A DNA stretch of 64,000 nt, from the NCBI GenBank assembly GCA_963727715.1, contig CAVSGX010000003.1, positions 157 through 64,156 of the forward strand. Reading direction: 5' to 3'. The notes beneath the pieces were generated by a model. It saw only the letters and a list, made by a program, of their open reading frames with translations, was not told the DNA's origin and searched no databases. Below, piece by piece: positions 31,129 to 40,582 of the stretch. The DNA is from an uncultured bacterium (GTDB lineage: Bacteria > Patescibacteriota > Minisyncoccia > Phycocordibacterales > DATDWN01). Position 1 is the stretch's first letter. Every line of letters begins with the position of its first letter. Position numbers and translations under genes: made by a program.

Positions 31129-31920
31129 ATGAAATGGAAACACATCATCTCTCTAGCTGGTTTGGCTGTGTTTGGTTTTTTGGTCTTTGTTTTTTATTAC
31201 GGGTTCACTTGGGACGATCTGGCTTCCCTGTCTTTCTACGAAACTCTGGCCAATCCTTCGGCGCGCATTATCAAAATGGATCCCGGTTTGCGCAAGGAAG
31301 AAATAGCTGATATTGTCGGCGATGAACTTGGTTGGAATGATAGTCAAAAAAGTCAGTTTATCAATTCTCCTCTGGCTGTGGCTGGAACAAATAATGAGGG
31401 CCACTTTTTCCCGAAAAGTTATCTGCTTTTGAAGAGCGACTTGCCTCAAGCTGTCGGGCAAATGATGTTTTCGGAATTTAACAAACAAGTGCAAAAAATT
31501 CCCAAATCGAAAACCACTCGCGTGGTAAACCAAGACACCGCTGTCAAAATCGCTTCCATCATCCAACGGGAATCCGGTGGCAAGAGCGATATGAGACTGA
31601 TCTCCGGCATTATTTGGAACAGATTGTTTGCCGGAATGAAATTGCAAATGGATGACACTTTGCAGTATGTTAAAGGAAATTCAAATAATTGGTGGCCAGC
31701 TATTACTCCTGCGGATAAAAACATTGACTCGCCTTACAACACTTATCTTTATCCATCCTTGCCACCGTCTCCCATTAACAGCCCTGGTTTGGACGCTTTA
31801 ACCGCCGCTTACAACCCGCAAACCACCTCCTGTCTTTTCTATCTACACGACAAAGCTGGCAATATTCATTGTTCGGTCACTTATCAAGGTCAGTTAAACA
31901 ACATCGCCAAGTACTACTGA
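31129..31920 (+). CDS. mltG: Endolytic transglycosylase MltG (YceG)
   Basis: EGHFFP, IASIIQRE, WNRL..GMKLQMD.T, DSPYNTY...LPPSPINSPG. Confidence 0.9.
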   Translation: MKWKHIISLAGLAVFGFLVFVFYYGFTWDDLASLSFYETLANPSARIIKMDPGLRKEEIADIVGDELGWNDSQKSQFINSPLAVAGTNNEGHFFPKSYLLLKSDLPQAVGQMMFSEFNKQVQKIPKSKTTRVVNQDTAVKIASIIQRESGGKSDMRLISGIIWNRLFAGMKLQMDDTLQYVKGNSNNWWPAITPADKNIDSPYNTYLYPSLPPSPINSPGLDALTAAYNPQTTSCLFYLHDKAGNIHCSVTYQGQLNNIAKYY

Positions 31921-31945
31921 TGGTTATTTATGTTTGGAAGCATCT

Positions 31946-33088
31946 TTAACAGCGTTTGCCACGACGCGAGCCACTCGTCTGTCGAATGGGCTTGGAATAA
32001 TATATTGAGTTGATAAATCTTTCTTGGAAATCAATCCGGCGATAGCTTTCGGCCGCCGACATTTTCATTGTGTCGGTGATTTGTTTGGCTTGCGCGTCAA
32101 GAGCCCCGCGAAATATTCCCGGAAAAGCCAGAACATTGTTTATTTGATTTGGGTAATCGCTTCGGCCGGTACCAAAGATTTTTATTTTTGTTTTCTTGGC
32201 GTCGGAGAATGAAATTTCCGGATTCGGATTGGCCATGGCGAAAACGATTGGATCATTTGTCATCTTACTTATCCACTCGGGCTTTAAGGCCGAAGCCACT
32301 GATACGCCAATAAAAACATCCGCTCCAGCTAGCGCTTCCCTAAGCCCGCCCACGACTTTTTTGCCATTGCTTTTTTCGGCCACTTTTTTCTTGTACGGAT
32401 TCAGACCCTTTCTTTTTGTGTTTATTATTCCGACGCTGTCGAGCATTATTATATTTTTGGCAGGGATTCCGTAGATGACGAGTAAGTTAAATATGGCCAT
32501 TGCCGCCGAACCGGCTCCGTTTATAACAAGCTTCACTTTTGTCTGATTTTTTTTGACGACTTTCAGAGCGTTTATGAGAGCGGCCAAAACAACAATAGCT
32601 GTGCCATGCTGATCGTCATGCATCACCGGAATATCCAGTTCTTTTTTCAATCTTTCCTCAATTTCAAAACATCTTGGCGCGGAAATGTCTTCCAGATTTA
32701 TTCCACCAAAGCCGACGGAAATATTTTTGACGGTTTTTATAATTTCTTCAGTATCCTGTGTGTTGAGGCAAATCGGATAAGCGTCAACTCCACCGAACTC
32801 TTTGAAGAGCACAGCTTTGCCTTCCATCACCGGCATAGCCGCTTCCGGTCCGACATTGCCAAGTCCCAGCACAGCTGAACCGTCGGAGACAACAGCCACA
32901 GCGTTTGATTTCAGCGTGTAGTCCCAAATAGCCGATTTGTTTTTATTGATTGCCCGACTGACCTCGGCCACACCTGGCGTGTAAGCCAGCGATAAATCAT
33001 TTTTGTTTTTCAGTTTGACTTTTGAATAAACTCCGAGCTTGCCTTTTTTCTTTTTGTGAAGTTCTAACGATTTTTTAAAGTAATCCAT
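31946..33088 (-). CDS. NAD(P)-dependent malic enzyme (start MDYFKKS; C-terminal frameshift)
   Basis: LAYTPGVA, SDGSAVLGLG, MEGKAVLFK, NLEDISAP, HDDQHGTA, TGRSDYPNQINN. Confidence 0.93.
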   Translation of the reverse strand: MDYFKKSLELHKKKKGKLGVYSKVKLKNKNDLSLAYTPGVAEVSRAINKNKSAIWDYTLKSNAVAVVSDGSAVLGLGNVGPEAAMPVMEGKAVLFKEFGGVDAYPICLNTQDTEEIIKTVKNISVGFGGINLEDISAPRCFEIEERLKKELDIPVMHDDQHGTAIVVLAALINALKVVKKNQTKVKLVINGAGSAAMAIFNLLVIYGIPAKNIIMLDSVGIINTKRKGLNPYKKKVAEKSNGKKVVGGLREALAGADVFIGVSVASALKPEWISKMTNDPIVFAMANPNPEISFSDAKKTKIKIFGTGRSDYPNQINNVLAFPGIFRGALDAQAKQITDTMKMSAAESYRRIDFQERFINSIYYSKPIRQTSGSRRGKRC

Positions 33089-33225
33089 ATTGATTAGTAT
33101 AATGTTTAATAACAAAAAATTTTGTGTCTGTAATAAGTTTACGAAAGCCGAGCGTAAAAAGTTGCCAAAACAAAAAACTCCGAAGAGTTTTTTGCCGAGA
33201 ATTCTCAAAAATTTTCTCAAACAAA

Positions 33226-33450
33226 TTACATTTTTGGCTGAACTGGTGCAGACTCGCAAGCTTTGCAGTTTTTCTTGTGAGTGAAAATTTCATACAAAGC
33301 CGACAAACCGACCAAAATGTAAATAATGCGCGAAACAACGGCCGCTTGGCTCCCGAACAGCATTCCAATATCCCAAGAAAAGATACCAACCAAAAGCCAA
33401 TTCAAACCGCCGATAATGACCAAAATATAAGCTAATTTATGTAATTTCAT
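33226..33450 (-). CDS. DUF378 small membrane protein
   Basis: LVIIGGLNWLLVG...YILVGLSA. Confidence 0.88.
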   Translation of the reverse strand: MKLHKLAYILVIIGGLNWLLVGIFSWDIGMLFGSQAAVVSRIIYILVGLSALYEIFTHKKNCKACESAPVQPKM

Positions 33451-33549
33451 ATTTTTAATGATATAAAAAGAATCGACCTTTTAGAGCGACTGCTCTCGTC
33501 ACAATTATCCTATTATTATTTCAATAAGGCAAACTGCTTATCCCCACCT

Positions 33550-34281
33550 TTACTTCAAAGATTCTATTTTAGCTTGAATTTCCTCGTCGCTAGAAAGATA
33601 ATAATGTTTGATTTCATTTCCATTCTCATCAAATTCATAAATCAACGGCTCGCCTGTCGGAATGTTCAATTCTGGGATCTGCTCATCAGAAATATTATTC
33701 AGATTTTTAACAACGGCTCGGCAAGAGTTCCCACTCAAAACGATTAAAATATTTTTACCTTGCTTTATTTTTGGCATGATTTCCGAATTCCACAAAGGCA
33801 TCGTTCTTTTTTCAGTATCTTCCAGTGATTCACTCAAAGGCAATTCATTTTCCGGGATATCTTTGTATTTCTCTTGATTTTTCGGAGCGGTCGGATCGTT
33901 TGGCGAGAGAAGGGGCGGTCTTTCGCGAAATGACCGGTGCCATAAATCAAACTTTTCCTTTCCAAATTTTTCGATTATTTCCTGATGGTTGTGACCCTGC
34001 AAAGCGCCGTAATGTCTTTCGTTCAGTCGCCAAGAAAAAAATTGCGGAATATTTTCTTTGCCCAAAACTTTCAAAACAATTTTCATTGTTTCTTCAGATC
34101 TTTCCAATACAGACGAATACGCCTCGTCAATTTCTATGCCGGATTTTTTAATAAGTTCGCCGGCCCGCCTAGCTTCCTCCTCGCCGGCCGGCGCCAGTGG
34201 GACATTTGTCCAACCCGTAAATTTTTTTTCAATATTGTATTGCGTTATACCATGTCGTAGCAAAATTATTTTTATGGTCAT
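33550..34281 (-). CDS. gpmA: 2,3-bisphosphoglycerate-dependent phosphoglycerate mutase
   Basis: LLRHG, FTGW, WRLNERHYGALQG, ESLED, LNIPTGEP. Confidence 0.93.
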   Translation of the reverse strand: MTIKIILLRHGITQYNIEKKFTGWTNVPLAPAGEEEARRAGELIKKSGIEIDEAYSSVLERSEETMKIVLKVLGKENIPQFFSWRLNERHYGALQGHNHQEIIEKFGKEKFDLWHRSFRERPPLLSPNDPTAPKNQEKYKDIPENELPLSESLEDTEKRTMPLWNSEIMPKIKQGKNILIVLSGNSCRAVVKNLNNISDEQIPELNIPTGEPLIYEFDENGNEIKHYYLSSDEEIQAKIESLK

Positions 34282-34319
34282 GAGTTTATTTTACACTTTT
34301 TTATCAATCTAAGAAATCC

Positions 34320-34529
34320 TTGACAGAATATTTTTGATATGATAAGCTGTCAAAGCCTCATGGCTTGTGAAAACAGGTAAGGGACATCGTCAGGAATGGC
34401 GACACGAGAAGTGGTTATTGTCCACAAAAGACCACTGCGGGAGAATAGGCCCCTCCGACTGTAAGCCCTAACACCTCTGGTTGATACTATTTTTTACAAA
34501 TATGTGTCACAGGGGTGTTTTTGTTTTTT
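34320..34529 (+). other. Stand-alone mini transcription unit (promoter, 6-aa and 22-aa ORFs, terminator)
   Basis: TTGACA-N17-TAAGCT; ORF 34396-34464 MATREVVIVHKRPLRENRPLRL; AACACCTCTG...CAGGGGTGTT + T-run. Confidence 0.45.
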
Positions 34530-34536
34530 CAAATTT

Positions 34537-36234
34537 TTATTGCAACAAAATATTCGTTTTCGGTAACGAGTCCAAAAGTTGGCGGATGACTCCAACCGCG
34601 CCGAACTGATTGGTTTTGCTGGCGCGTTCCATGACTACTGCGAAGGCATACTTCGGGTTATCAGCCGGCCAAAAACCGATTGTCCACGAGTTGACCAAAT
34701 CTTTTGAAACGCCGAGTTGAGCTGTGCCTGTTTTGGCTGCGATATCGAGGTATGGCACATTAAGCGCGGTGCAAGTTCCTTCCGTCACGCACAATCTCAT
34801 TCCTTCGCGAACGATTTGAAAATATGTCGGATCAAGCTGAATTTTTACAATTGGTCGAGTAAAATAATTTTTCAAAAATGTTGGCACCTGAAGCACACCA
34901 TTGTTTGCGATAGCTGCCACCGCTCGCACAGCTTGTATTGGCGTGACTTGAAAACCGTACTGGCCGATGGTGGTATTGTAAGTATCGCCGATGCGCCAGA
35001 CTTCACCCTTGAAATTAACCGCTTTCCAAGCCGGATCGGGGATGATGCCGGTTTGTTCACCTGGGAAATTAATATCAGTTGTGGTGCCGAAACCAAACAT
35101 CCTCATATATTTTTCTATATTATCTATACCTAAACCTTTCTGTGTCCCAAATCCCCCGCCGACTTCGTAAAAATAAACATCAGAAGAAACAGCCAAAGCG
35201 TGACGCAAATCCACCAAACCGTTCACACGCCAGTCCATAAAAATGGATGGTTTATTTTTGTCATAAGGATTTGGCACAGAAATGGAACCAGTGGAAAGAA
35301 TCTGTTTGGTCGGGCTGATTATTTTTTGGTCCAAAACACCCATAGCTATGAATGGCTTGACGATAGAACCGGGTGTGTAAAGACCATCCACCACGCGATT
35401 GAGAAAAGGTTTGTTGTTGTCACTTAGCCAAGCGTTTATTTTTGTACTATCGCTTCCGTCGGTCAAAACTTGTGAGGAAAATTCCGGAAAGGTGGCGCTG
35501 GCTATTATTTCACCAGTGTTGATATCCATTATCACTCCGCCTCCGCCCTTGAAACCGGCTTGTTCGGCGACCGAAAGCATAGCCTGATACAATTTTTCTT
35601 GAACCGTCTTATCAATTGATAAGACTAAATTTTGTCCGCTTTGTGGTGGGTGCACCACGCTCTCCGATATGACATTACCTTTAACATCAGTCTCCACGAT
35701 TTTGCTGCCGTCGGATCCGGAAAGGCTGGCGTCATAAATTTTTTCCAAACCGGCAATCGGTACGATTTTACTTTGATAATAAATTCCGGAAGAATCCTTG
35801 GATGGATATTTAATATAACCCAAAAGCGTCGACAGTCCGGTGGAAGTGGCATAAACACGCAAAGAAAAATCGGTGGAGTTTGGATTGATGTCGTTCCAAA
35901 CCAAAGGATTAGCGTTTCTGTCGGTTATGAGTCCTCTGTCGGCCAAAACCGGAGTGACTCGCAAACTGTTGTTTTGGCTTTTAGAAAGAAGATTGTTGCC
36001 ATTTATAATTTGCAAATTCCATGTTTTGCCAACAAAAATCAAAATGACGCAAATAATAATCAAAAAGAAAAAAGTGAAAACTTTTCTGCCGATTGGCCGC
36101 TCGATCCGTCCCTCAAACTGATCTTTGTTGAACTCCGGCAAGTTTTGCGAGTCCAAAAAAATCTCGTCCGGATCAATCGGGGCGTAATATCGCGAGGTTT
36201 TGCTTTTGATGTAATTTTTCAGTTTGTGGAGCAT
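34537..36234 (-). CDS. mrdA: Penicillin-binding protein 2 (class B)
   Basis: RGLITDRN, PGSIVK (SxxK), SSD, IGQ, KTGTAQ; lies downstream of mreBC. Confidence 0.9.
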   Translation of the reverse strand: MLHKLKNYIKSKTSRYYAPIDPDEIFLDSQNLPEFNKDQFEGRIERPIGRKVFTFFFLIIICVILIFVGKTWNLQIINGNNLLSKSQNNSLRVTPVLADRGLITDRNANPLVWNDINPNSTDFSLRVYATSTGLSTLLGYIKYPSKDSSGIYYQSKIVPIAGLEKIYDASLSGSDGSKIVETDVKGNVISESVVHPPQSGQNLVLSIDKTVQEKLYQAMLSVAEQAGFKGGGGVIMDINTGEIIASATFPEFSSQVLTDGSDSTKINAWLSDNNKPFLNRVVDGLYTPGSIVKPFIAMGVLDQKIISPTKQILSTGSISVPNPYDKNKPSIFMDWRVNGLVDLRHALAVSSDVYFYEVGGGFGTQKGLGIDNIEKYMRMFGFGTTTDINFPGEQTGIIPDPAWKAVNFKGEVWRIGDTYNTTIGQYGFQVTPIQAVRAVAAIANNGVLQVPTFLKNYFTRPIVKIQLDPTYFQIVREGMRLCVTEGTCTALNVPYLDIAAKTGTAQLGVSKDLVNSWTIGFWPADNPKYAFAVVMERASKTNQFGAVGVIRQLLDSLPKTNILLQ

Positions 36235-36246
36235 TGTGTGTAGTGT

Positions 36247-36399
36247 AAACCCTGTCGCTTGTATTCCTCGAAAGGCAATCTGTCTGGCAAAGCTTTGTCA
36301 GCGAACTTCTCGTCGCTCAAGAAAATTATGTTCGGAATACCTCACTAGTTTTCTAAGCTCCTGCGAAAGGCCTTTCTCGAAATACTAGCGACAGGGTTT
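36247..36399. repeat. Fold-back element E5 (subfamily B)
   Basis: IR AAACCCTGTCGCT.GTATT; core GCAATCTGTCTGGC...CAGCGAACTTCTCGTCGCTCAAGAAAATTATGTTCGG..TACCTCACTA.TTTTCTAAGCTCCTGCGAAAGGC, nearly identical to E6. Confidence 0.85.
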
Positions 36400-36451
36400 G
36401 TCTGTCAAAATTCCTTTCTCGACAATCAAGAAAATAATTCTACCAGAAGTT

Positions 36452-36691
36452 TCAAGTCCTGATTCTGGTTTTTATCATCATAACCAAAATCAAAAAAATT
36501 GTCGCGGAAATGAGGCCGATGTGCTGGTTGGAGTAAAGTGTATCCAAGAGAAAACCGAAAAAAACCGCTTCGGCGTATGTTGGCAAATAAACGGTCAGTG
36601 CCACAACAATCACAGCCGTAATCCACCACGGCAAAGTCAGCGCACAAATATAAACCACCACAAACAATACAACTCTCTGCCAAGTTTTCAT
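36452..36691 (-). CDS. Small multi-TM protein at the mreD position
   Basis: 79 aa, hydrophobic, GFLLD motif, between mreC and pbp2. Confidence 0.6.
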   Translation of the reverse strand: MKTWQRVVLFVVVYICALTLPWWITAVIVVALTVYLPTYAEAVFFGFLLDTLYSNQHIGLISATIFLILVMMIKTRIRT

Positions 36692-36739
36692 GAAAGTATT
36701 TTAGCACGAATAGCTTTATTTTCGGCCAATTTTCAACAC

Positions 36740-36768
36740 TTGACTTTATATTTAATTAGGTGTATAAT
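36740..36768 (+). promoter_or_regulatory. Promoter (with AGGAGGTG SD at 36775) separated from its gene by IS30 copy 2
   Basis: TTGACT-N17-TATAAT. Confidence 0.65.
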
Positions 36769-37751
36769 ATAGGTAGGAGGTGAGGCCTCCCAATTACCCC
36801 CTCAAGTAGGACAGAACTAATGTTTGAATAATAACTCATTGGCGCGCGGAAGCCAATCACTTCTCTCGGTCGGTTGTTTAGGAAGGAATGTATTTCTTGC
36901 AATTCTTCCTCAGTGACTGACTCAATATCTCTTCGTTTAGGCACAAAACATCTGATCCATCTGTTGGTGTTTTCCACCAGACCTTTTTCCCAAGAATGGT
37001 ATGGATGTGTAAAATAGATTGGCACTTGCAGGAGAGTTTCCAACTCTTTCCAACAGGTGAATGCAATATCGTTGTCTGTGGTGATGCTCTTCAATTCAAC
37101 ACCATGGAACAGACGGGAAAGCGCGGCACGAATAGTGTCGCGTTTTCTGTTGGGCAGTTTCCTGACCCATGTTCTTTTGGCTTGCCAATCCACAGCAACC
37201 AAAAGTACCCACGAACTGTCTTTGGAAACGATGAAATCCAGCTCAATGTGTCCTAGACCTTTTCTCTCCGGTCTGACATCAATATACTTCCTGCCATCCT
37301 GAATGTGCTTCCAATGATTTCGTTTTCTCCCACCCTTGTGATTGTTCCAACCCCAAAAAAGCAGGTGGTTTAGATCTCTCGACTCGGCAAATTTGTATAT
37401 GGCTTTGGCCGAGCAGATGATACCCATTTCACATTCAAGATACCCGCTAATCTGCTTCGGCGACCAATGATACGGCTTGGTTAATCGTTCCACCACGAAT
37501 CGACAGAGAAACGGGTCAAGCGCCACTTTCAGACACTGCTGTTTGGCTCGCCATCTTTTCATTGAAACTTTCTGCTTGGCTTTTTCCGCTTCATACACCC
37601 CATTAACACTGTGTTTTTGTATTTCTCTGCTCACAGTGTTGACACTCCGACCGAGAAATTCGGCAATTTTGCGAATGGCCGAACCGGCGCAATACATCTT
37701 TTCAATACAAAACCTCTCTTCAAAAGACAAATGATGATATTTGTTTTTCAT
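36756..37751 (-). CDS. IS30-family transposase
   Basis: Same protein as 15992-16948 except one G/D change and a C-terminus extended by a G-run length difference. Confidence 0.95.
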   Translation of the reverse strand: MKNKYHHLSFEERFCIEKMYCAGSAIRKIAEFLGRSVNTVSREIQKHSVNGVYEAEKAKQKVSMKRWRAKQQCLKVALDPFLCRFVVERLTKPYHWSPKQISGYLECEMGIICSAKAIYKFAESRDLNHLLFWGWNNHKGGRKRNHWKHIQDGRKYIDVRPERKGLGHIELDFIVSKDSSWVLLVAVDWQAKRTWVRKLPNRKRDTIRAALSRLFHGVELKSITTDNDIAFTCWKELETLLQVPIYFTHPYHSWEKGLVENTNRWIRCFVPKRRDIESVTEEELQEIHSFLNNRPREVIGFRAPMSYYSNISSVLLEGVIGRPHLLPILYT

Positions 37752-37819
37752 ATGACAATTAAAATTAATTTTCGACTAATGCATTAATTCTAACTGTCCT
37801 ACTTCAAAGGTGGCTAGGG
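36789..37819 (-). mobile_element. IS30-family insertion sequence, copy 2 (inverted relative to copy 1)
   Basis: Near-identical to copy 1; flanks GAGGCCT / GAGGGCT. Confidence 0.92.
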
Positions 37820-37826
37820 GAGGGCT

Positions 37827-38111
37827 ATGAAAAAGATTCTCTCGTTAGACAGTCGGGCATGGTCAGCCAGCTTTCTGAATGCTGCTGCCATGGCTAACGG
37901 GTTCTGGACACTGTGGACGAGCCGGAATGTCTCCGGCACGTCACTCGTGATGATGGCAATTTTTTTGTACGTCCAGATCACTTACGCTCAGGTCGGCTAC
38001 AAGACCAAATCGCTGGCCCTTCTGTGGGGCATGGTGATTAGTGCCGTATTCACCACAGCGATCATTGTGTTCGTTTTGTACATTCGATTTTTTCATCCCC
38101 ATCTGCCCTAG
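37827..38111 (+). CDS. Small 3-TM protein (PQ-loop/SemiSWEET-like, divergent)
   Basis: 94 aa, three helices, W-TSRNVSGTSL segment resembles the PQ-loop family; the PQ dipeptide itself is absent. Confidence 0.5.
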   Translation: MKKILSLDSRAWSASFLNAAAMANGFWTLWTSRNVSGTSLVMMAIFLYVQITYAQVGYKTKSLALLWGMVISAVFTTAIIVFVLYIRFFHPHLP

Positions 38112-38149
38112 TGGCCGTTGGGGATTTCGTTTTATAAATTTTTACAAAA

Positions 38150-39004
38150 TTATTTCTGGACAAAAACCCATTTGGTTTGGAAAACATTTCCGGGGATGCG
38201 GATGAAAATTGTTTTGAAGGATGATTGGGCTGACTGGTCAATGTAAAAAACACTGCCGATAACGGAAGTCTTGATATTCGGATAACTAAAAACATCGCCC
38301 CACATAATGTCCGCGTCTTTCGGCACCTCAACCAACATATCGGCTCCACCTTGACCGACGATCTCATATGTCGTGCCGGTGCGCTCGTCAGTCAAAAAAT
38401 TTTGCATTCCGCCCTTGGAAAACAAACTGACCACTGATGTTTTGCCGGTCACATCACTCACCTCGCCTACCAAAATGGTGTCCGAAATGTAGACTTTATC
38501 GCCGACAGCCACGCCATTTTCCGAACCCACATCCAAAACAAAAGTGTCGTAAGGCGATTGTGGCGGTTTTGATAAAACGTTTGCCAAAAGACGATTGCTT
38601 GCGATATTGCCAACATTTCGACCAAACGAATTTTTCAAATCCTGATTTTCTTGGCTGATGGTGTCGTAGTCAACCTGTTTTAGCTCTAGCGAAACGATTT
38701 GGTTTTGCAGACTGTTGACTTCGGCGGTAAGTGACGACTTTGAAGAAAAAAACTGACCCAAACTACCGGCCCCGCTTCCGATGGTTCTGCCGACTGTCCA
38801 AACGGGTCTGGCGGTGGCGCTGAAAATATTTCTTAAAGTTTTAGGAAAAAGAAAATTCAAAATCAAAAGCAGAAGAAAAAATAAAATAACAAAAATTATT
38901 TTTAAAAAAGTTGGATGTCTCGGTCTGTCAAAAGTCCTGTGAAAAATATTTGGTTTGCTGTTTGTTGTTTTCAGACCGGATTCATTTTTTCGGAGGTAGT
39001 TCAT
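38150..39004 (-). CDS. mreC: Rod shape-determining protein MreC
   Basis: TM, coiled coil ENQDLK, PYDTFVLDVGSENGV..GD.V, follows mreB. Confidence 0.9.
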   Translation of the reverse strand: MNYLRKNESGLKTTNSKPNIFHRTFDRPRHPTFLKIIFVILFFLLLLILNFLFPKTLRNIFSATARPVWTVGRTIGSGAGSLGQFFSSKSSLTAEVNSLQNQIVSLELKQVDYDTISQENQDLKNSFGRNVGNIASNRLLANVLSKPPQSPYDTFVLDVGSENGVAVGDKVYISDTILVGEVSDVTGKTSVVSLFSKGGMQNFLTDERTGTTYEIVGQGGADMLVEVPKDADIMWGDVFSYPNIKTSVIGSVFYIDQSAQSSFKTIFIRIPGNVFQTKWVFVQK

Positions 39005-40043
39005 TTTCGCTGATGATTAAAATATCTTTGTAAGTGTTCATCTTTTCCAAAATAATTCCAGTACCACGACAAACAGCGGTCAAAGGATCTTGAGCAATAT
39101 GCACAGATATTTTTGTGTACTCTTCAATAATTTCGGCTAAACCTTTGATCAGCGCTCCACCTCCGCAAAGATAAATGCCTCGTTGCATTATGTCCGAGAC
39201 GATTTCCGGCGGTGTGGTTTCCAAAACTTCCTTGGTTGATTCAATCAAAGTGTCTATTGACTGTGAAATGGCTTCGCGAATGTCCGAGTCGGTGACGATA
39301 ACTTCGCGCGGAAGCCCCGAAATAAGATCACGTCCTTTGATCGGCGCTTCTGAAGGTATTTTGTCGGATAAAATGGCCCCGATGGAGACTTTAATATCTT
39401 CGGCTGTTTTTTCGCCGATTAAAATTTTGAATTCCGAGCGAATGTAAGAAATAATATCGTTGTTGAGCTTGTCTCCGGCAATGCGCAGATTTTTGGAACG
39501 AACCACCCCGCCGAGGGAAATAACAGCGATGTCGGATGTCCCGCCACCGATATCAATAATCATCGTGCCGACCGGCTCAAGCACAGGCAGTCTCAGGCCG
39601 ATAGCCGCAGCCATTGGCTCTTCCACAATGTGAACCTCGCTTGCCCCGGCATTTCTGGTGGCGTCGCGCACCGCTCTGATCTCCACATTGGTAATGCCTG
39701 ACGGTACTCCGACCACCACTCGCGGGCCTAGAAATTTTTTGTTGTTTTCCTGCGCTCGATTCAAAAGATAGGTAATCATTTCTTCCGTCACTTCAAAATC
39801 GGAAATAACACCATCCACCAAAGGTTTGACCGCCATAATGTGTCCCGGCGTGCGACCGAGCATATTTTTTGCGTCTTTGCCGATGGCCACCACTTGACCG
39901 GTTTTGCTGTTGACGGCCACAACTGACGGCTCGTTGATGACGATACCCTTTCCACGAACATAAACCAAAGTGTTGGCCGTGCCAAGGTCAATGCCGATGT
40001 CGTTTGAAAGCAACCTTTTCAATTGTTCGAAGTTTTTAATCAC
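38982..40043 (-). CDS. mreB: Rod shape-determining protein MreB
   Basis: DIGIDLGTANT, EPSVVA, EEPMAAAIG, DIGGGT, GGGAL. Confidence 0.97.
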   Translation of the reverse strand: MIKNFEQLKRLLSNDIGIDLGTANTLVYVRGKGIVINEPSVVAVNSKTGQVVAIGKDAKNMLGRTPGHIMAVKPLVDGVISDFEVTEEMITYLLNRAQENNKKFLGPRVVVGVPSGITNVEIRAVRDATRNAGASEVHIVEEPMAAAIGLRLPVLEPVGTMIIDIGGGTSDIAVISLGGVVRSKNLRIAGDKLNNDIISYIRSEFKILIGEKTAEDIKVSIGAILSDKIPSEAPIKGRDLISGLPREVIVTDSDIREAISQSIDTLIESTKEVLETTPPEIVSDIMQRGIYLCGGGALIKGLAEIIEEYTKISVHIAQDPLTAVCRGTGIILEKMNTYKDILIISENELPPKK

Positions 40044-40081
40044 ACTGACATACTATCTCAAAAAATGATTTGGCGCAAAAA

Positions 40082-40228
40082 GACAAAACAATAAGGTTTT
40101 CTCAGAGCAATCTGTCTGGCTCTACTGAGCCAGCGAACTTCTCGTCGCTCAAGAAAATTATGTTCGGAGTACCTCACTAATTTTCTAAGCTCCTGCGAAA
40201 GGCTCTGAAAAAACTTTATTGTTTTGTC
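40082..40228. repeat. Fold-back element E6 (subfamily B)
   Basis: IR GACAAAACAATAAGGTTTT.TCAGAGC; core as E5, with GGCTC-TACT-GAGCC hairpin. Confidence 0.85.
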
Positions 40229-40249
40229 ACCGGATATTTATTTTCAAAT

Positions 40250-40378
40250 AAAAAAATCACCGTCTGACAAGAAGTCAGACGGCTTATGGAACCGGGATGG
40301 TTGACAGGGTTTTGCTTTCGCTCAACCACCACCCCGGTTCCTCTCTCCCATGCAGATATGGACGACGTTACGCCCACG
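40250..40378 (-). ncRNA. Candidate small RNA B
   Basis: Promoter TTGATT-N17-TAGCAT (40384-40412), hairpin GGAACCGGGG...CCCGGTTCC, terminator CCGTCTGAC/GTCAGACGG + T-run. Confidence 0.55.
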
Positions 40379-40413
40379 GAAAGATGCTACCAAATCCACA
40401 AAATAAAATCAAG

Positions 40414-40582
40414 ACAAAAATTAACCACCCAATGGTTTGGGTGGTTTTACGGGACCGGGGGTCCAAGGCAGTTTGGCTTTTGGCCACACCACCAAGGATC
40501 GACCCCCCGGTCCCCTTGCGTTAGAATGCGGGTGCCATCACCCGCGCCACGTGCCGTTCAGTGAGTCCCAGGACCCACTGCC
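40414..40582 (-). ncRNA. Candidate small RNA A (paralog of B)
   Basis: Promoter TTGACT-N17-TAGCAT (40587-40615), hairpin GGGACCGGGG...CCCCGGTCCC, terminator AACCACCCAA/TTGGGTGGTT. Confidence 0.55.

Noticed and set aside
34455-34490. Pistol ribozyme (TAAGCCCTAA match)
   Set aside because: The complementary pseudoknot loop and P1 context are missing.
15924-37819. Composite transposon or inversion bounded by the two inverted IS30 copies
   Set aside because: Each copy keeps its own matching flanks, the interval is core genes, and mreB-mreC-x-pbp2 order is intact across copy 2.
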